From positions 1,824,001-1,888,000 of the forward strand of contig CAXXVS010000002.1 in the NCBI GenBank assembly GCA_963674755.2: a DNA stretch of 64,000 bases, read 5' to 3'. Origin of the DNA: Desulfobacterales bacterium (GTDB taxonomy: Bacteria; Desulfobacterota; Desulfobacteria; Desulfobacterales; UBA5852). Shown here in pieces: positions 39,593 through 50,541 of this stretch (positions within the stretch are counted from its first letter, which is position 1; every line of letters begins with the position of its first letter). Below the pieces are notes generated by a model. The model ran no database searches. It worked only from the letters and a program-made list of their open reading frames with translations, and was not told the DNA's origin. A program made the translations under genes and the position numbers.

Positions 39593-40372
39593 ATGAATTT
39601 AAACCATTCCATTTTTGAAATCCGCGAAGGGATCGGGTGGCTGCGGTTCAATCGTCCCAAACAGTTAAACGCACTTAATCCTTTGGTATTTGAGGATATT
39701 GCCAAAGCGGCCGAACGCACCGAATCCGACCCGTCCCTAAAGGCGTTCGTCCTGACCGGCAACGGGCGGGCCTTTGCGGCCGGGGCCGATATCAAACACA
39801 TGGCGAGCGGGAATATGCCCCTATCAACCGAATTGACGGATATTTCGAATTTTGCTCAACAAAGACTGGCCGATCTGTCTAAACCCAGCATCGCTGCCAT
39901 AGCCGGTTATGCCTTGGGCGGTGGCTGCGAGGTCGCCCTGTGCTGCGATTTCCGGTTGGCGGCCGAGGACGCTGTTTTCGGGTTGCCCGAAATCAAACTG
40001 GGCATCATTCCCGGTGGCGGAGGCACACAACGGTTGCCCCGCCTCATCGGCCTTGCGGCCGCCGTCAAAATGATCATGACCGGTGAAACCATTGACGCCC
40101 AGGAAGCCCTTAAGCTGGGTCTGGTGCATGATGTCGTTTCCCTCGAGCGTTTGGAAAACGAGGCCCAAACCCTGGCGGTCAGATTGAGCAAACAGCCCGC
40201 GATCGCCCTTCGTGCCGCCAAAACCGCCATTTATGGCGGGCTGAATATGGCCCTTGGGGACGGTCTCAAGCTGGAACAGTCCCTTTTCTGCATGCTTTTC
40301 GGCACACAAGACCAGAAAGAAGGCATGACCGCCTTCATTGGGAAACGTAAACCCAATTTCACCGGTCGGTAG
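39593..40372 (+). CDS. Enoyl-CoA hydratase (crotonase)
   Basis: 'AFAAGADI', 'GGGCE', 'PEIKLGIIPGGGGTQRL'. Confidence 0.95.
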   Translation: MNLNHSIFEIREGIGWLRFNRPKQLNALNPLVFEDIAKAAERTESDPSLKAFVLTGNGRAFAAGADIKHMASGNMPLSTELTDISNFAQQRLADLSKPSIAAIAGYALGGGCEVALCCDFRLAAEDAVFGLPEIKLGIIPGGGGTQRLPRLIGLAAAVKMIMTGETIDAQEALKLGLVHDVVSLERLENEAQTLAVRLSKQPAIALRAAKTAIYGGLNMALGDGLKLEQSLFCMLFGTQDQKEGMTAFIGKRKPNFTGR

Positions 40373-40425
40373 CGGTGGCCGATGCGATCCCACCCAACCA
40401 CAAACGCCGATAAGACGAGGACCCC

Positions 40426-40854
40426 GTGATCGGAAAAACCATCGATGAATTGAGAGTCGGTCAAAGCGCCGTGTTCAGCAAAACCATTTCGGAAAGCGAT
40501 GTCTATCTATTTGCGGGGATCACCGGTGACTTCAATCCGGCCCACGTGAACCAGCCCTATGCCGAAAAAACCTTTTTCAAAGCCCGTATTGCGCACGGCA
40601 TGCTCGTGGCCGGCCTGCTGTCGGCCGTTATGGCCAATCAGTTGCCCGGTCCCGGATCAGTGTACATTCATCAAGGTCTGGACTTCAAAGCGCCGGTATA
40701 TATCGGCGACACGGTTACGGCCCAGGTGGAAGTCCTCGCGATTGACCACGATGCCAACCGCGTCGAACTCAAAACCACCTGCATCAATCAGGGCGGCGAT
40801 GTGGTCGTTGACGGGCGGGCCATCATATCACCGCCCAAACGCCTGAAGGCATAG
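40426..40854 (+). CDS. MaoC-type (R)-specific enoyl-CoA hydratase
   Basis: 'GDFNPAH', 'IAHGML', 'LPGPG'. Confidence 0.93.
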   Translation: MIGKTIDELRVGQSAVFSKTISESDVYLFAGITGDFNPAHVNQPYAEKTFFKARIAHGMLVAGLLSAVMANQLPGPGSVYIHQGLDFKAPVYIGDTVTAQVEVLAIDHDANRVELKTTCINQGGDVVVDGRAIISPPKRLKA

Positions 40855-40959
40855 CCGCTTCGGCGCGATAGGAGGCCAGGTCGCCGGCGGCACCGATGGC
40901 AGCCCCTCCGACCACCGCCGGCAATCGAATGGGGCGCATTCCCGAACAGGAGATTCAGC

Positions 40960-42171
40960 ATGAAAGACGTCGTCATCGCAGGCTATTTGAGAACGGCCCA
41001 ATCGCGATCCCGGCCCAATGACCCGGCCAAGGATTGCTTTCACAAACTGCGCGCCGATGAACTGCTGGCTCGACTCCTGCCGGAAGTCGTCGAACGCACA
41101 GGGCTGGATCCCGCCCAGATCGATGATTTCCTGGTGGGATCCGCCTTGGGGGTGTCTGAACAATGGACCTTCGGCGGTCGCGACCCCCTCTTTCTGGCCA
41201 ATTTGCCGGACACGATCGCGGCCAAGTTCATCGATCAGCAGTGCGGTTCGTCCATGGCCTGCATTCACGTCGGGTTCATGGAAATCGCGACCGGGGTTGC
41301 GGATGTGGTCCTGGCCGGCGGTATGGAACACATGACCCGCGTGCCCATGACCATGGTGGCCGGGGGAAGCGAAATCATTTCCAAAAATCAACGGCTGTTC
41401 GAAGACGAAAAATACCGGCACTGGGATACGCCAACGGCGGTCAACATGGGTTTGACGGCGGAAAAACTCTTTTCGCAAACCGATTTCACCCGGGAAGACC
41501 TGGATGAATGGGGAGCGCGCTCGCATGTTTTGGCAATCCAGGCCCAGGGCCAAGGATTCTTTGCGGGTGAGATACTGCCCATCGATGCCGAGCAGAGCGA
41601 CGGCCGCGTTGCCACCATCGATACCGATCAGGCGGTACGGGCCAATGCAACGAAGGAAGGCATGGCCGGTCTCAAACCGGTATTCCGGGAAGACGGTGTG
41701 ATTACCGCAGGGAACGCTTCCCCCCTGAATGCCGGCGCATCCGCGATGCTTTTGATGTCGAAGGAAAAAGCCCGCGCCGAGGGTATCCAGCCTCTGGCGA
41801 CCATACGATCGATCGGGTTTGCCGGTGTCGATCCCACCATTATGGGGCACGGACCGGTACCCGCCAGCCAAAAGGCCCTTTCAAATGCCGGCTTGTCCGC
41901 CGCGGACATCGATTTTTGGGAGATCAACGAAGCGTTTTGTATCGTGGTCCTCAACTGCATGAAGGCATTGAATATCCAACCGGAACGCGTCAACGTGATG
42001 GGGGGCGGCACCGCCCTTGGCCACCCGTTGGGCGCCAGCGGCATCCGTTTGGTGGGGACCCTGGCCAGGATCCTCGAAGCCAAACAAGGCCGCTACGGGT
42101 GTGCCAATGCCTGTTGCGGCGGCGGTCAGGGGGTGGCTACGATCATCGAACGGGAAATATACGATTGGTAG
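40960..42171 (+). CDS. Acetyl-CoA acyltransferase (thiolase)
   Basis: 'QCGSS', 'EINEAF', 'GHPLGASG', 'CGGGQG'. Confidence 0.95.
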   Translation: MKDVVIAGYLRTAQSRSRPNDPAKDCFHKLRADELLARLLPEVVERTGLDPAQIDDFLVGSALGVSEQWTFGGRDPLFLANLPDTIAAKFIDQQCGSSMACIHVGFMEIATGVADVVLAGGMEHMTRVPMTMVAGGSEIISKNQRLFEDEKYRHWDTPTAVNMGLTAEKLFSQTDFTREDLDEWGARSHVLAIQAQGQGFFAGEILPIDAEQSDGRVATIDTDQAVRANATKEGMAGLKPVFREDGVITAGNASPLNAGASAMLLMSKEKARAEGIQPLATIRSIGFAGVDPTIMGHGPVPASQKALSNAGLSAADIDFWEINEAFCIVVLNCMKALNIQPERVNVMGGGTALGHPLGASGIRLVGTLARILEAKQGRYGCANACCGGGQGVATIIEREIYDW

Positions 42172-42242
42172 CTTAAGGTGCCATGGAAGAAACGGTCTGC
42201 CGGACCTTAGGGTCATGCTGGCGGCCACTTGGGAGGACGGGA

Positions 42243-43103
42243 ATGGCGGAAGAAAAAACGATCGGCGTTGTCGGGGCTGGAATGATGGGGGCTGAAATCG
42301 CCCTGTGTTTTGCCATGGCCGGCCATAGGGTGATGCTTAAAGAAGTCTCGCTCGAACTGGCGGAGAAAGGGAAAATGCGTCTGGAAGGCGTCCTGGACCG
42401 CCTGGTGCATAAAAATAAAATCGACCCCGACCAGAAGCCGCCGGTATTAGCGCGCATCGTCCCGACGGACAAATTTGACCGCTTCAGGGAAACCCATCTG
42501 GTTGTCGAGGCGGCCTTTGAGAACGAGCCGGTCAAAAAGCAGATCTTCAAGGAACTCGACGCCATCTGCCCGCCGGGCTGCATCTTCGCCACCAACACGT
42601 CCAGCATTCCGATAACCGTTCTGGCCACGGCCGTCGGGCCAAGCCGTATCGGCCGTTTTGTCGGAACCCACTTTTTCTCACCGGTATCCCTGATGCCCCT
42701 GGTGGAGGTCATTCCCGGCCTCGACACAACCGAGGAAACGATTGAAGCAATCATGGCCGTCTGCCGCCAAATCGGTAAAACGCCGATCCGCGTCAAAGAT
42801 GTAACGGGTTTTGCCGTCAACCGCCTGCTGCACGCCATGTGGATCGAAGCCAATCGTTTGCTCGAGGAGGGCGTTGCTTCGGTGGAGGACATCGACACGG
42901 CGTGTCGCCTTGGGTTGGGGCATCCGATCGGACCCTATGCGCTGATGGATTTGACCGGCAACGATTTGAACCTGCAAGTGCAGCAGATTTTGCAAGACGC
43001 CTACGGAGAGCGGTTCCGACCACGCCCCATTCTCAAACAAAAGGTCAGCGCGCATCACCTTGGCCGCAAAACCGGCCGCGGGTGGATGCCCTATGACGCA
43101 TAA
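42243..43103 (+). CDS. 3-hydroxybutyryl/3-hydroxyacyl-CoA dehydrogenase
   Basis: 'GAGMMG', 'ATNTSS', 'HFFSP', 'GFAVNR'. Confidence 0.93.
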   Translation: MAEEKTIGVVGAGMMGAEIALCFAMAGHRVMLKEVSLELAEKGKMRLEGVLDRLVHKNKIDPDQKPPVLARIVPTDKFDRFRETHLVVEAAFENEPVKKQIFKELDAICPPGCIFATNTSSIPITVLATAVGPSRIGRFVGTHFFSPVSLMPLVEVIPGLDTTEETIEAIMAVCRQIGKTPIRVKDVTGFAVNRLLHAMWIEANRLLEEGVASVEDIDTACRLGLGHPIGPYALMDLTGNDLNLQVQQILQDAYGERFRPRPILKQKVSAHHLGRKTGRGWMPYDA

Positions 43104-43139
43104 AGCGCCAACACTCTAAGACCGCCTGAGGACAACGCG

Positions 43140-44003
43140 ATGGAAGAGGTTTTCGTCTTTTTTTTACATGGGTTGGCATACGCCGGGCTCCTATTTCTCG
43201 TATCCTCCGGCTTAACCCTTGTCTTCGGCATGATGGACGTTCTGAACTTCGCCCATGCTTCCTTCTACATGCTGGGCGCCTATTTCTCCTATATGGTGCT
43301 TTCGATGACCGGACACCTGTGGCTATCCATGCTGATCTGTCCTGTCATGCTGTTTGTCATCGGTGCACTCGTGGAGCGGTTTCTGCTGCGCAAGGTGCAC
43401 TCAGGGGGGCATGTTCACGAGCTGCTGCTGACCTTCGGGCTGGCCTATATTCTGGGCGAATCCGTCAAGTGGATCTGGGGCAACTATCCCTTGTCCATCA
43501 CCATCGGCGGATTTCTTTCCGAGAGTATCAACCTGTTCGGCGTGACCTATCCCGTCTATCGCCTGTTCGTGCTGCTGAGCAGTATCTGTGTCGGCATTGC
43601 CATGGCGTTGATTCTCTATAAAACGCGGCTGGGCATCATTATTCGCGCGGCAGTCAACGACCGCACAATGGTCAACGCGTTAGGTATCAATGTCCCGCTG
43701 GTCTTCATGGGCGTCTTTGGTTTCGGAGCGGCCTTGTCAGGATTGGGCGGCGTGATCGCGGGTCCCTTCCTGACCACATCGCCGTCCATGGCGGACGATA
43801 TTTTAATCACGGCCTTTGTGGTGATTGTCGTTGGCGGAATGGGCAGTCTGCTCGGCACCGTGGTCGCCTCGCTTCTGATTGGTGAATTGCAGTCCTTCGG
43901 CGTATTGCTCTTCCCCAAATTTTCGATGGCCTTGATTTTTTTGCTGATGGCGGTGGTCCTTATCGTTAAACCTTCTGGCCTTTTCGGAGTCGAACAATCA
44001 TGA
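43140..44003 (+). CDS. LIV-type ABC transporter permease (LivH-like)
   Basis: 'GLTLVFG..DVLNFAH', 'VVGGMGS'. Confidence 0.92.
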   Translation: MEEVFVFFLHGLAYAGLLFLVSSGLTLVFGMMDVLNFAHASFYMLGAYFSYMVLSMTGHLWLSMLICPVMLFVIGALVERFLLRKVHSGGHVHELLLTFGLAYILGESVKWIWGNYPLSITIGGFLSESINLFGVTYPVYRLFVLLSSICVGIAMALILYKTRLGIIIRAAVNDRTMVNALGINVPLVFMGVFGFGAALSGLGGVIAGPFLTTSPSMADDILITAFVVIVVGGMGSLLGTVVASLLIGELQSFGVLLFPKFSMALIFLLMAVVLIVKPSGLFGVEQS

Positions 44004-44992
44004 CCAAACGCAACACTTTCACAGCCGTTGCCTGGGTCTTCTGTTTTTTAGGGGCGGCGTCCCTGCCATTTTTAACCAGCCGCTACCAGATCAGCCTGCT
44101 GACGGAAATCATCATTTTCGCGCTTTACGGCGTGACCTACAACTTGCTCCTCGGCTACGGCGGTATGCTGTCTTTCGGCCATGCCATGTTTTTCGGTATC
44201 GGCGCCTATACGGCCGGCATATTGCTGACATCCGTAACAGGAACCCCCTTTTGGGCAATCGTGGTCTGCGCATTTATCATAACCGCCCTGGCCGGGTTTT
44301 TGGTGGGCAGCCTGCTGCTGAAGGTCAAAGGGACCCCTTTTGCATTGCTGACCCTGGCTTTCAACAGCCTTTTCTTCGCCATCGCTTTCAAGTGGTATGC
44401 CGTTACCGGCGGCGACGACGGTCTGAGCATCCAGCGGCCCAATATCGATCTGGGCTTTTGGACCTTGGATACGTCGAATGTCAGCACCTTTTATTATATC
44501 ACCCTGATTGTGTTGAGCGCCTCGATCCTGGCCTGCTGGTACTTTACCCGCACGGCGATGGGGCAGACGGTCCTGCTGATGCGCGAAAATGAAAATCGCA
44601 TGCAGTTTATCGGCTATAACACGGCCGTATCGCGTTTGATCCTCTTCACCTTTACGGCCTGTTTCGCCGGTTTGGCCGGGGCCTTTTATACACTCCACTT
44701 CAGGTTCGTATCCGTCGATGCCATCAGCGTCGGCATGACCACCACGGTTCTGCTGCTGACCTTTATCGGCGGCACCGGTCATTTTGCAGGCCCTTTGATA
44801 GGATCGGCCTTTTATATCTACCTGCAGGATTATCTTAGCGAATACACGGACCGCTGGCCCTTCTTCATGGGTCTCATTTTCATCGTAATGGTGATGTATG
44901 CACCCGGAGGCGTTTCCGGCATCATCGTATCCGGAGGGAAGTGGTTGCAGGAGCGTTTCCGATCACCCAAGCGTGAAATTGAAGGAACCTGA
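44000..44992 (+). CDS. LIV-type ABC transporter permease (LivM-like)
   Basis: 'GYGGMLSFGHA', 'TGGDDG', 'RENE'. Confidence 0.92.
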   Translation: MTKRNTFTAVAWVFCFLGAASLPFLTSRYQISLLTEIIIFALYGVTYNLLLGYGGMLSFGHAMFFGIGAYTAGILLTSVTGTPFWAIVVCAFIITALAGFLVGSLLLKVKGTPFALLTLAFNSLFFAIAFKWYAVTGGDDGLSIQRPNIDLGFWTLDTSNVSTFYYITLIVLSASILACWYFTRTAMGQTVLLMRENENRMQFIGYNTAVSRLILFTFTACFAGLAGAFYTLHFRFVSVDAISVGMTTTVLLLTFIGGTGHFAGPLIGSAFYIYLQDYLSEYTDRWPFFMGLIFIVMVMYAPGGVSGIIVSGGKWLQERFRSPKREIEGT

Positions 44993-44994
44993 TC

Positions 44995-45738
44995 ATGTCC
45001 CTATTGGCCGTCAAACAGGTCTACAAGGATTTCAACGGACTGGAAGTTCTCACGGGCGTGAACCTCGATGTCCGGGAAAAGGGGCGGCATGCCATCATTG
45101 GCCCCAACGGGGCCGGCAAAACCACGCTGTTCAACATTATTTCAGGAAAGTTCAAAGCCTCGCGCGGCTACATCGAATTCAAGGATAACAATATCGGCGC
45201 CCTGTCACCGCACGCCCGCAATCGCCTGGGCATGTGCCGCTCCTTTCAGATTACCAACGTGTTTCACAATCTCAGCGTATTCGTGAATGTCCAGGCCGGC
45301 GTACGCTGCGCCTGCGGTCTGCGCTACAACCTGTTCAAACGTCCTGAGAACATGGCCGAGGTCAACCGCCGGACCGAAGCCATCTTAGAGAAAATTGGTT
45401 TGCACGACGTTCGTGACATACCGGCCGGCGAACTGTCCTACGGTCAGCAACGCGCTCTGGAAATCGGCATCACCTTGTCCACCGACCCGGAGTTGATATT
45501 GATGGACGAGCCGACGGCCGGCATGACCCGCGAAGAGACCGCCCAAGCCATCCACCATATCGACGTGGCCACGGCCGGCCGCACCCTGCTGATCATCGAA
45601 CACGACATGAACGTCATCTTCTCTTTGGCCGATACGATTTCCGTTCTGCACCACGGTACGATCCTGGCTTCCGATACCCCCGAAGCCATACGCAGTGATC
45701 AGCGCGTCAAAGATGCCTATCTCGGAGAGGACGAGTAA
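44995..45738 (+). CDS. LIV-type ABC ATP-binding protein (LivG-like)
   Basis: 'GPNGAGKTT', 'LSYGQQR', 'DEPTAG'. Confidence 0.93.
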   Translation: MSLLAVKQVYKDFNGLEVLTGVNLDVREKGRHAIIGPNGAGKTTLFNIISGKFKASRGYIEFKDNNIGALSPHARNRLGMCRSFQITNVFHNLSVFVNVQAGVRCACGLRYNLFKRPENMAEVNRRTEAILEKIGLHDVRDIPAGELSYGQQRALEIGITLSTDPELILMDEPTAGMTREETAQAIHHIDVATAGRTLLIIEHDMNVIFSLADTISVLHHGTILASDTPEAIRSDQRVKDAYLGEDE

Positions 45739-46454
45739 TGTTGCTGCAGGTCGACGAACTACACAGCTACTATGGCAAGAGCCACATCCTGCATGGCGTT
45801 TCCATGCAATTGAACCGGGGCGATATCGTCTGCATCCTGGGGCGCAACGGGGTCGGCAAATCCACAACCCTCAATTCGATCATGGGCATTGTCAAACCGC
45901 GGCAGGGCAGCGTTCGGTTCAATGGCGAAGAGCTAGCCGGGAAGCACCCCTTTCAAATTTCCCGCAAAGGAATCGGCGTCGTGCCGGAGGAAAGGCGCAT
46001 TTTCGCCGGCCTGACGGTCAGGGAGAATCTCCTGATCGGCCTCCAGGACAAGCGCCTGAAAATCCAGGGCAACGGGCGAAGTTGGAATCTGGATCGGGTA
46101 TTCGAGTATTTTCCGCGGCTGTCCGAACGCCAAAATCAATTGGGCAACCATCTTTCGGGCGGCGAGCAGCAGATGTTGACGATTGCCCGCACGCTTATGG
46201 GAAACCCCGAGCTTTTATTGATCGACGAACCCACTGAAGGATTGGCCCCCCTGATCGTCAAAATGGTCATGGAGATGCTGGAGAGCGTGAGCAAAGCCGG
46301 GGTGACGATCCTTCTCGTCGAACAAAATTTCAGGGCCGCCATCAAGCTGGCCCATCGGTTTTATATCATGGGCAAAGGCCGTATCGTTTTCGAAGGTGAC
46401 CGGGAGGCCCTGCAGGCCGCTGAAGGTCTTCGCAAACAATACCTTGAAGTATGA
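45738..46454 (+). CDS. LIV-type ABC ATP-binding protein (LivF-like)
   Basis: 'GRNGVGKST', 'LSGGEQQML', 'DEPTEGLAP'. Confidence 0.93.
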   Translation: MLLQVDELHSYYGKSHILHGVSMQLNRGDIVCILGRNGVGKSTTLNSIMGIVKPRQGSVRFNGEELAGKHPFQISRKGIGVVPEERRIFAGLTVRENLLIGLQDKRLKIQGNGRSWNLDRVFEYFPRLSERQNQLGNHLSGGEQQMLTIARTLMGNPELLLIDEPTEGLAPLIVKMVMEMLESVSKAGVTILLVEQNFRAAIKLAHRFYIMGKGRIVFEGDREALQAAEGLRKQYLEV

Positions 46455-46659
46455 TAAACCGTCAAAGCATTCCGCTTTTCTCTCCGCAAAAAGGAAAGGG
46501 GGTGAAAGCAACCGATCCCATAAGCGTAAAGCCGCCTCCTCGTATCGAGCGGCGGCATGCCATCTTAAAGAGTATAGGTTCGAACGGTTGTCCCAAACCT
46601 TCGTGTCACACCGGCGCCTCATGTCAAGCGTGACCGAGAAATGTACAAAGGAGAATATC

Positions 46660-47871
46660 ATGCAAAAAACTTTTCTTCTGGTTTCCATCGCACTGGTTCT
46701 GGCGTTTTGTGTGGCCGCGCCCCTGCAGGCTGCGGATCCCATCAAATTTGGCGTTATCGAGCCGAGTTCCGGCAAATTCAAAGACATTGGCGACCGCTAT
46801 CTGGCCGGCGCCCAAGCAGCGGCGAATGAAATCAATCGCAACGGCGGCTTGCTTGGCCGCCAAGTCGAAATCATCGCGTTCGATTCCGAAATCAAACCGG
46901 ACGTGGCCACCCGCAAAATGCGGAAAGCCATCCTGAAGAACGATATCAAGTTTTTTGGCGAGGGGGCCAGCAGCGGGGTCATGGCCGCCATGGTTTCGGT
47001 GGCCCAGGAGAACAACGCGATTGCGATTTCCTGGGGGGCGGAAGCCGCCAGCCTGAGCGGGGAAAATTGCAGCCGCAATTTCTTCCGAACCAGCCTCAAT
47101 ACCGACATGCATTCCAATGCCCTGGCCAAATGGGTGGCCGACAACCATAAACAACGCGTCTTCATGATTGCCCAGGACTACAGTTTCGGCCACGAGGCGG
47201 TGGCGGCTTTCAAAAAGAAGCTCCTGGAGCTGAATCCCAAGGTTGAACTGGTGGGGGAACTCTACCATAAAATCGGCGAGATCGATTATGCCCCCTATAT
47301 CACCCAAATTATTGCCGCCAAGCCGGATATCATCTTCACCTCCAACTGGGGCAACGATCTTCAACTGCTGATCAAACAGGCCAAACCCATGGGATTGGAT
47401 ACCCAGTTTGCCTGCTATTTTCTTAACGACTTCATCGCGATCCAGGCCATCGGAGATCCGGCGGCGGTTGTCGGCAACGTCACGGCGGCCGCCTATATGC
47501 TTAGCATCCCGACCCAGAAGAACAAGGATTTCGTGGCCGCCTATTATAAAGCCAATGGCTACTATCCTTCGTGGCTGCATGCCAAGGCCTACCTTGCCGT
47601 CATGTTCTGGGCCGAAGCCGTTAAAAAAGCCGGAACAGCCGACGATGTCGATGCCGTCATCAATGCCTGGGAAGGCTTGACCTACGACGGCCCGGCCGGC
47701 ATGCAGATCATGCGTCCGGAGGACCACCAGGCGCAAATTCCTGGTTGGGTGGCCGAGATTGTGCCGGAATCTCCTTTCTTCGACCATCCTTTTGTGGGCA
47801 CACCGACCATGATTCCAGCCGAGGACATTTCCGTTCCGGTGGCTGAAACAGGGTGCAAGGGATTGAAATAG
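46660..47871 (+). CDS. LIV-type ABC substrate-binding protein
   Basis: Signal peptide from the ATG at 46660 (AGGAG RBS), 'INRNGGLLGR', 'DYSFGH'. Confidence 0.9.
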   Translation: MQKTFLLVSIALVLAFCVAAPLQAADPIKFGVIEPSSGKFKDIGDRYLAGAQAAANEINRNGGLLGRQVEIIAFDSEIKPDVATRKMRKAILKNDIKFFGEGASSGVMAAMVSVAQENNAIAISWGAEAASLSGENCSRNFFRTSLNTDMHSNALAKWVADNHKQRVFMIAQDYSFGHEAVAAFKKKLLELNPKVELVGELYHKIGEIDYAPYITQIIAAKPDIIFTSNWGNDLQLLIKQAKPMGLDTQFACYFLNDFIAIQAIGDPAAVVGNVTAAAYMLSIPTQKNKDFVAAYYKANGYYPSWLHAKAYLAVMFWAEAVKKAGTADDVDAVINAWEGLTYDGPAGMQIMRPEDHQAQIPGWVAEIVPESPFFDHPFVGTPTMIPAEDISVPVAETGCKGLK

Positions 47872-48299
47872 CGCCCAACCGTAAACGGCATCTTTCGGTC
47901 CCTGGCGGCGTTCTCACTTGTTTTCAATCCTCGAAATAGCTTGCTATTCCTCCGGTTGACACCCACCGTTTGGAATAGAATCGTCGGGGAGTCCCGCGTA
48001 GCGGGAAAACGCGCTCGGGCCTTGCCAGGAACCAAAATCTACCATTTATGGATGGACCCTAAATAGTCTTTTCCGGAGCATCGGTCGGGCGAAGTCGGAT
48101 GAAGGACTTCCCTTATCGCCCGGCCGATCCCGCACCCATGCATCAACAACGGCGGCCATATCTGATCGACGTTGCCGTGAGGACAATGCCCATCAAGCCG
48201 GAGCCCTTTTCACATCGTGGATCAGGCGCCACAACCACGTTCTTTCTACGGAACAGTGCCACAGGCGCTATCGCCGCCTGATTCAAAGGAGTGCATGTT

Positions 48300-48692
48300 A
48301 TGAACATCGTTGTCGCCTATGACAATTCCAGTGCGGCCAAACTGGCCCTCGAAAGAGCGAAACGCCATGCCGCGGCCTTCAAGGCGCGTGTCCTTATCGT
48401 GACATCGATGGAGGGCGGTTCGGGTGAGTCCAAAGCGCGGGTTAAAAAGGCGGAAGCCGATCTTGAAAACGCCAAAACCGTCTTCGAAGCAGAAGGGATC
48501 GATTGCGAAACCCACCTCCTGATCCGGGGCTTAACCGCAGCGGAAGACATCGTACTGTTCGCCCGGGAGCAAGATGCCGGCGAACTCATCATCGGCATCA
48601 AGAAGCGGTCCAAAGTCGGGAAATTGATGTTCGGCTCCACCGCCCAGTATGTCATTTTAAATGCGCCCTGCCCTGTTCTGGCCGTCAAATAG
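48300..48692 (+). CDS. Universal stress protein
   Basis: 'IVVAYD.S', 'GKLMFGSTAQYVIL.APCPVL.VK'. Confidence 0.92.
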   Translation: MNIVVAYDNSSAAKLALERAKRHAAAFKARVLIVTSMEGGSGESKARVKKAEADLENAKTVFEAEGIDCETHLLIRGLTAAEDIVLFAREQDAGELIIGIKKRSKVGKLMFGSTAQYVILNAPCPVLAVK

Positions 48693-48702
48693 AGGAGGTA
48701 TT

Positions 48703-50508
48703 GTGGCCGCTAAATTTGTCAGCGAACGGAACCTGAAATTTTTATTATACGAAGTTTTTGACGTGGCCGCGCTCACGCGCCTTCCCTACTACAAGATGCA
48801 CAACCGCAAAACCTTCGACATGGTGCTGAACGAAACCCTGCGCATCGCCCGGGATCTGATGTGGCCCTGCCTGGAGGAGATGGATCGACACCCGCCGGAA
48901 CTGGTGGACATGCAGGTCAAGGTCCACCCTTCGGTCAAACCCATCATGCGGGAAGTCGGGCAGGGCGGCTGGATCGGTGCCAGCTTCCCCAGTGAATTCG
49001 ACGGGGAACAATTGCCGGTGAGTGTTGCCAGTGCCTGTCGCTTCATCTTTTTTGCGGCCAACTATTCGGCCGGCGTATACCCGGAACTTACCAGCGGATC
49101 GGCCCGTTTGATCGTCTCCTTCGGATCTTCGGACCTGATTGCCACCTACGTACCCAAGATGCTCGATGGCGCGTGGCAGGGCACCATGGCCTTGACGGAG
49201 CCCGCCGCCGGGAGTTCCCTTTCGGACATAACGACCGCCGCCGTTCCCACCGGGAACGGGGATTATCGCATCCAGGGGCAGAAAATTTTCATCTCGGCCG
49301 GCGACCACGACGGTGTGGAAAATGTGGTGCATCTCATGCTGGCCAAAATCGAGGGCGCCCCCCCGGGGGTAAAGGGAATTTCCCTGTTCGTCGTACCGAA
49401 AAAACGCCCGGATTCACAAGGCGCTCTGGTCGACAACGATATCGTGGTTTCGCAGGTCTATCATAAACTCGGGTATCGCGGCACCCCGATTGTCGAGCTC
49501 AGCATCGGCGATAAAGGTGATTGTCACGGCTACCTCGTCGGAGAGCCCCACAAAGGCCTGATCTATATGTTCCAAATGATGAACGAGGCCCGGATAGGGG
49601 TTGGCTTGGGGGCGGCCGCCATTGCCTCCGCCGCCTATTACGCCGCCTTGAATTACGCCCGGGAACGCCCCCAGGGGCGGAAGCCCACCAACAAGGATCC
49701 AGTGGCACCGCCGGTGCCGATCATCGAACACGCCGATGTCAAACGCATGCTCTTATTCCAGCGCGCCGTTTTCGAAGGCGCCCTGTCCCTCCTGCTTCAG
49801 TGCAGCGTCTACGCCGACAGGGCATTGACGGACAAGGGCCCCGACCGGCACAAATGGGATCTCCTGCTGGATATCCTGACCCCTGTCGCCAAGTCCTACC
49901 CCTCCGAAATGGGCATCCTGGCCGTCAGTCAAGCCCTGCAATGCTTCGGCGGCTATGGCTATTGCGAGGATTTTCCGGTGGAACAATTTTACCGGGACAT
50001 GCGCATTCATCCCATCCACGAGGGGACCACCGGCATTCAAGGCATCGACCTGCTGGGCCGCAAAGTGCGCGTGGAAAACGGTCAGGCCTACCACCTTTTC
50101 ATGGAGGCCATAAGGGAAACGATCACCGCTTGCAGGGATCACGAGGATCTCCGCGACAGGGGGCGCCAGCTTGAGGAAGCGCTCGGCGAGCTCGATCAGG
50201 TGACGCAGCATTTGACCACCGGAATGCCTGCCCAAAACCCGGAATTGTCCCTTGCCGATGCCACCCTTTATCTGGACTTTTTCAGCATCGTCACCATTGC
50301 CTGGCAGTGGCTCTTGCAGGCGTTGACAGCCACACGGGTCTTAGCCGGCCAGCCCTCACGCTCGCAAACCAATTTCTACCAGGGCAAGCTTTACACCTTC
50401 GCCTACTTTTTTAGCTACGAGCTGCCCAAGATCAAGGGCCTTGCAACGCGTTTACGGGAAGACAATCCTGTGACCGTGAACATGACCTCTGAATATTTCA
50501 ACGACTAG
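48703..50508 (+). CDS. Acyl-CoA dehydrogenase (~600 aa type)
   Basis: 'TMALTEP.AGS', 'GQKIFIS', 'MFQMMNEAR', 'IHEGTTGIQ'; GTG start after GAGGAGG. Confidence 0.95.
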   Translation: MAAKFVSERNLKFLLYEVFDVAALTRLPYYKMHNRKTFDMVLNETLRIARDLMWPCLEEMDRHPPELVDMQVKVHPSVKPIMREVGQGGWIGASFPSEFDGEQLPVSVASACRFIFFAANYSAGVYPELTSGSARLIVSFGSSDLIATYVPKMLDGAWQGTMALTEPAAGSSLSDITTAAVPTGNGDYRIQGQKIFISAGDHDGVENVVHLMLAKIEGAPPGVKGISLFVVPKKRPDSQGALVDNDIVVSQVYHKLGYRGTPIVELSIGDKGDCHGYLVGEPHKGLIYMFQMMNEARIGVGLGAAAIASAAYYAALNYARERPQGRKPTNKDPVAPPVPIIEHADVKRMLLFQRAVFEGALSLLLQCSVYADRALTDKGPDRHKWDLLLDILTPVAKSYPSEMGILAVSQALQCFGGYGYCEDFPVEQFYRDMRIHPIHEGTTGIQGIDLLGRKVRVENGQAYHLFMEAIRETITACRDHEDLRDRGRQLEEALGELDQVTQHLTTGMPAQNPELSLADATLYLDFFSIVTIAWQWLLQALTATRVLAGQPSRSQTNFYQGKLYTFAYFFSYELPKIKGLATRLREDNPVTVNMTSEYFND

Positions 50509-50541
50509 GCGGCGCGCCTTATTGGCCAGTGGGAATAACGC

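Noticed and set aside
47880..48290. Long intergenic region before usp, considered as a riboswitch or sRNA
   Set aside because: No aptamer consensus or convincing conserved structure recognised by eye.
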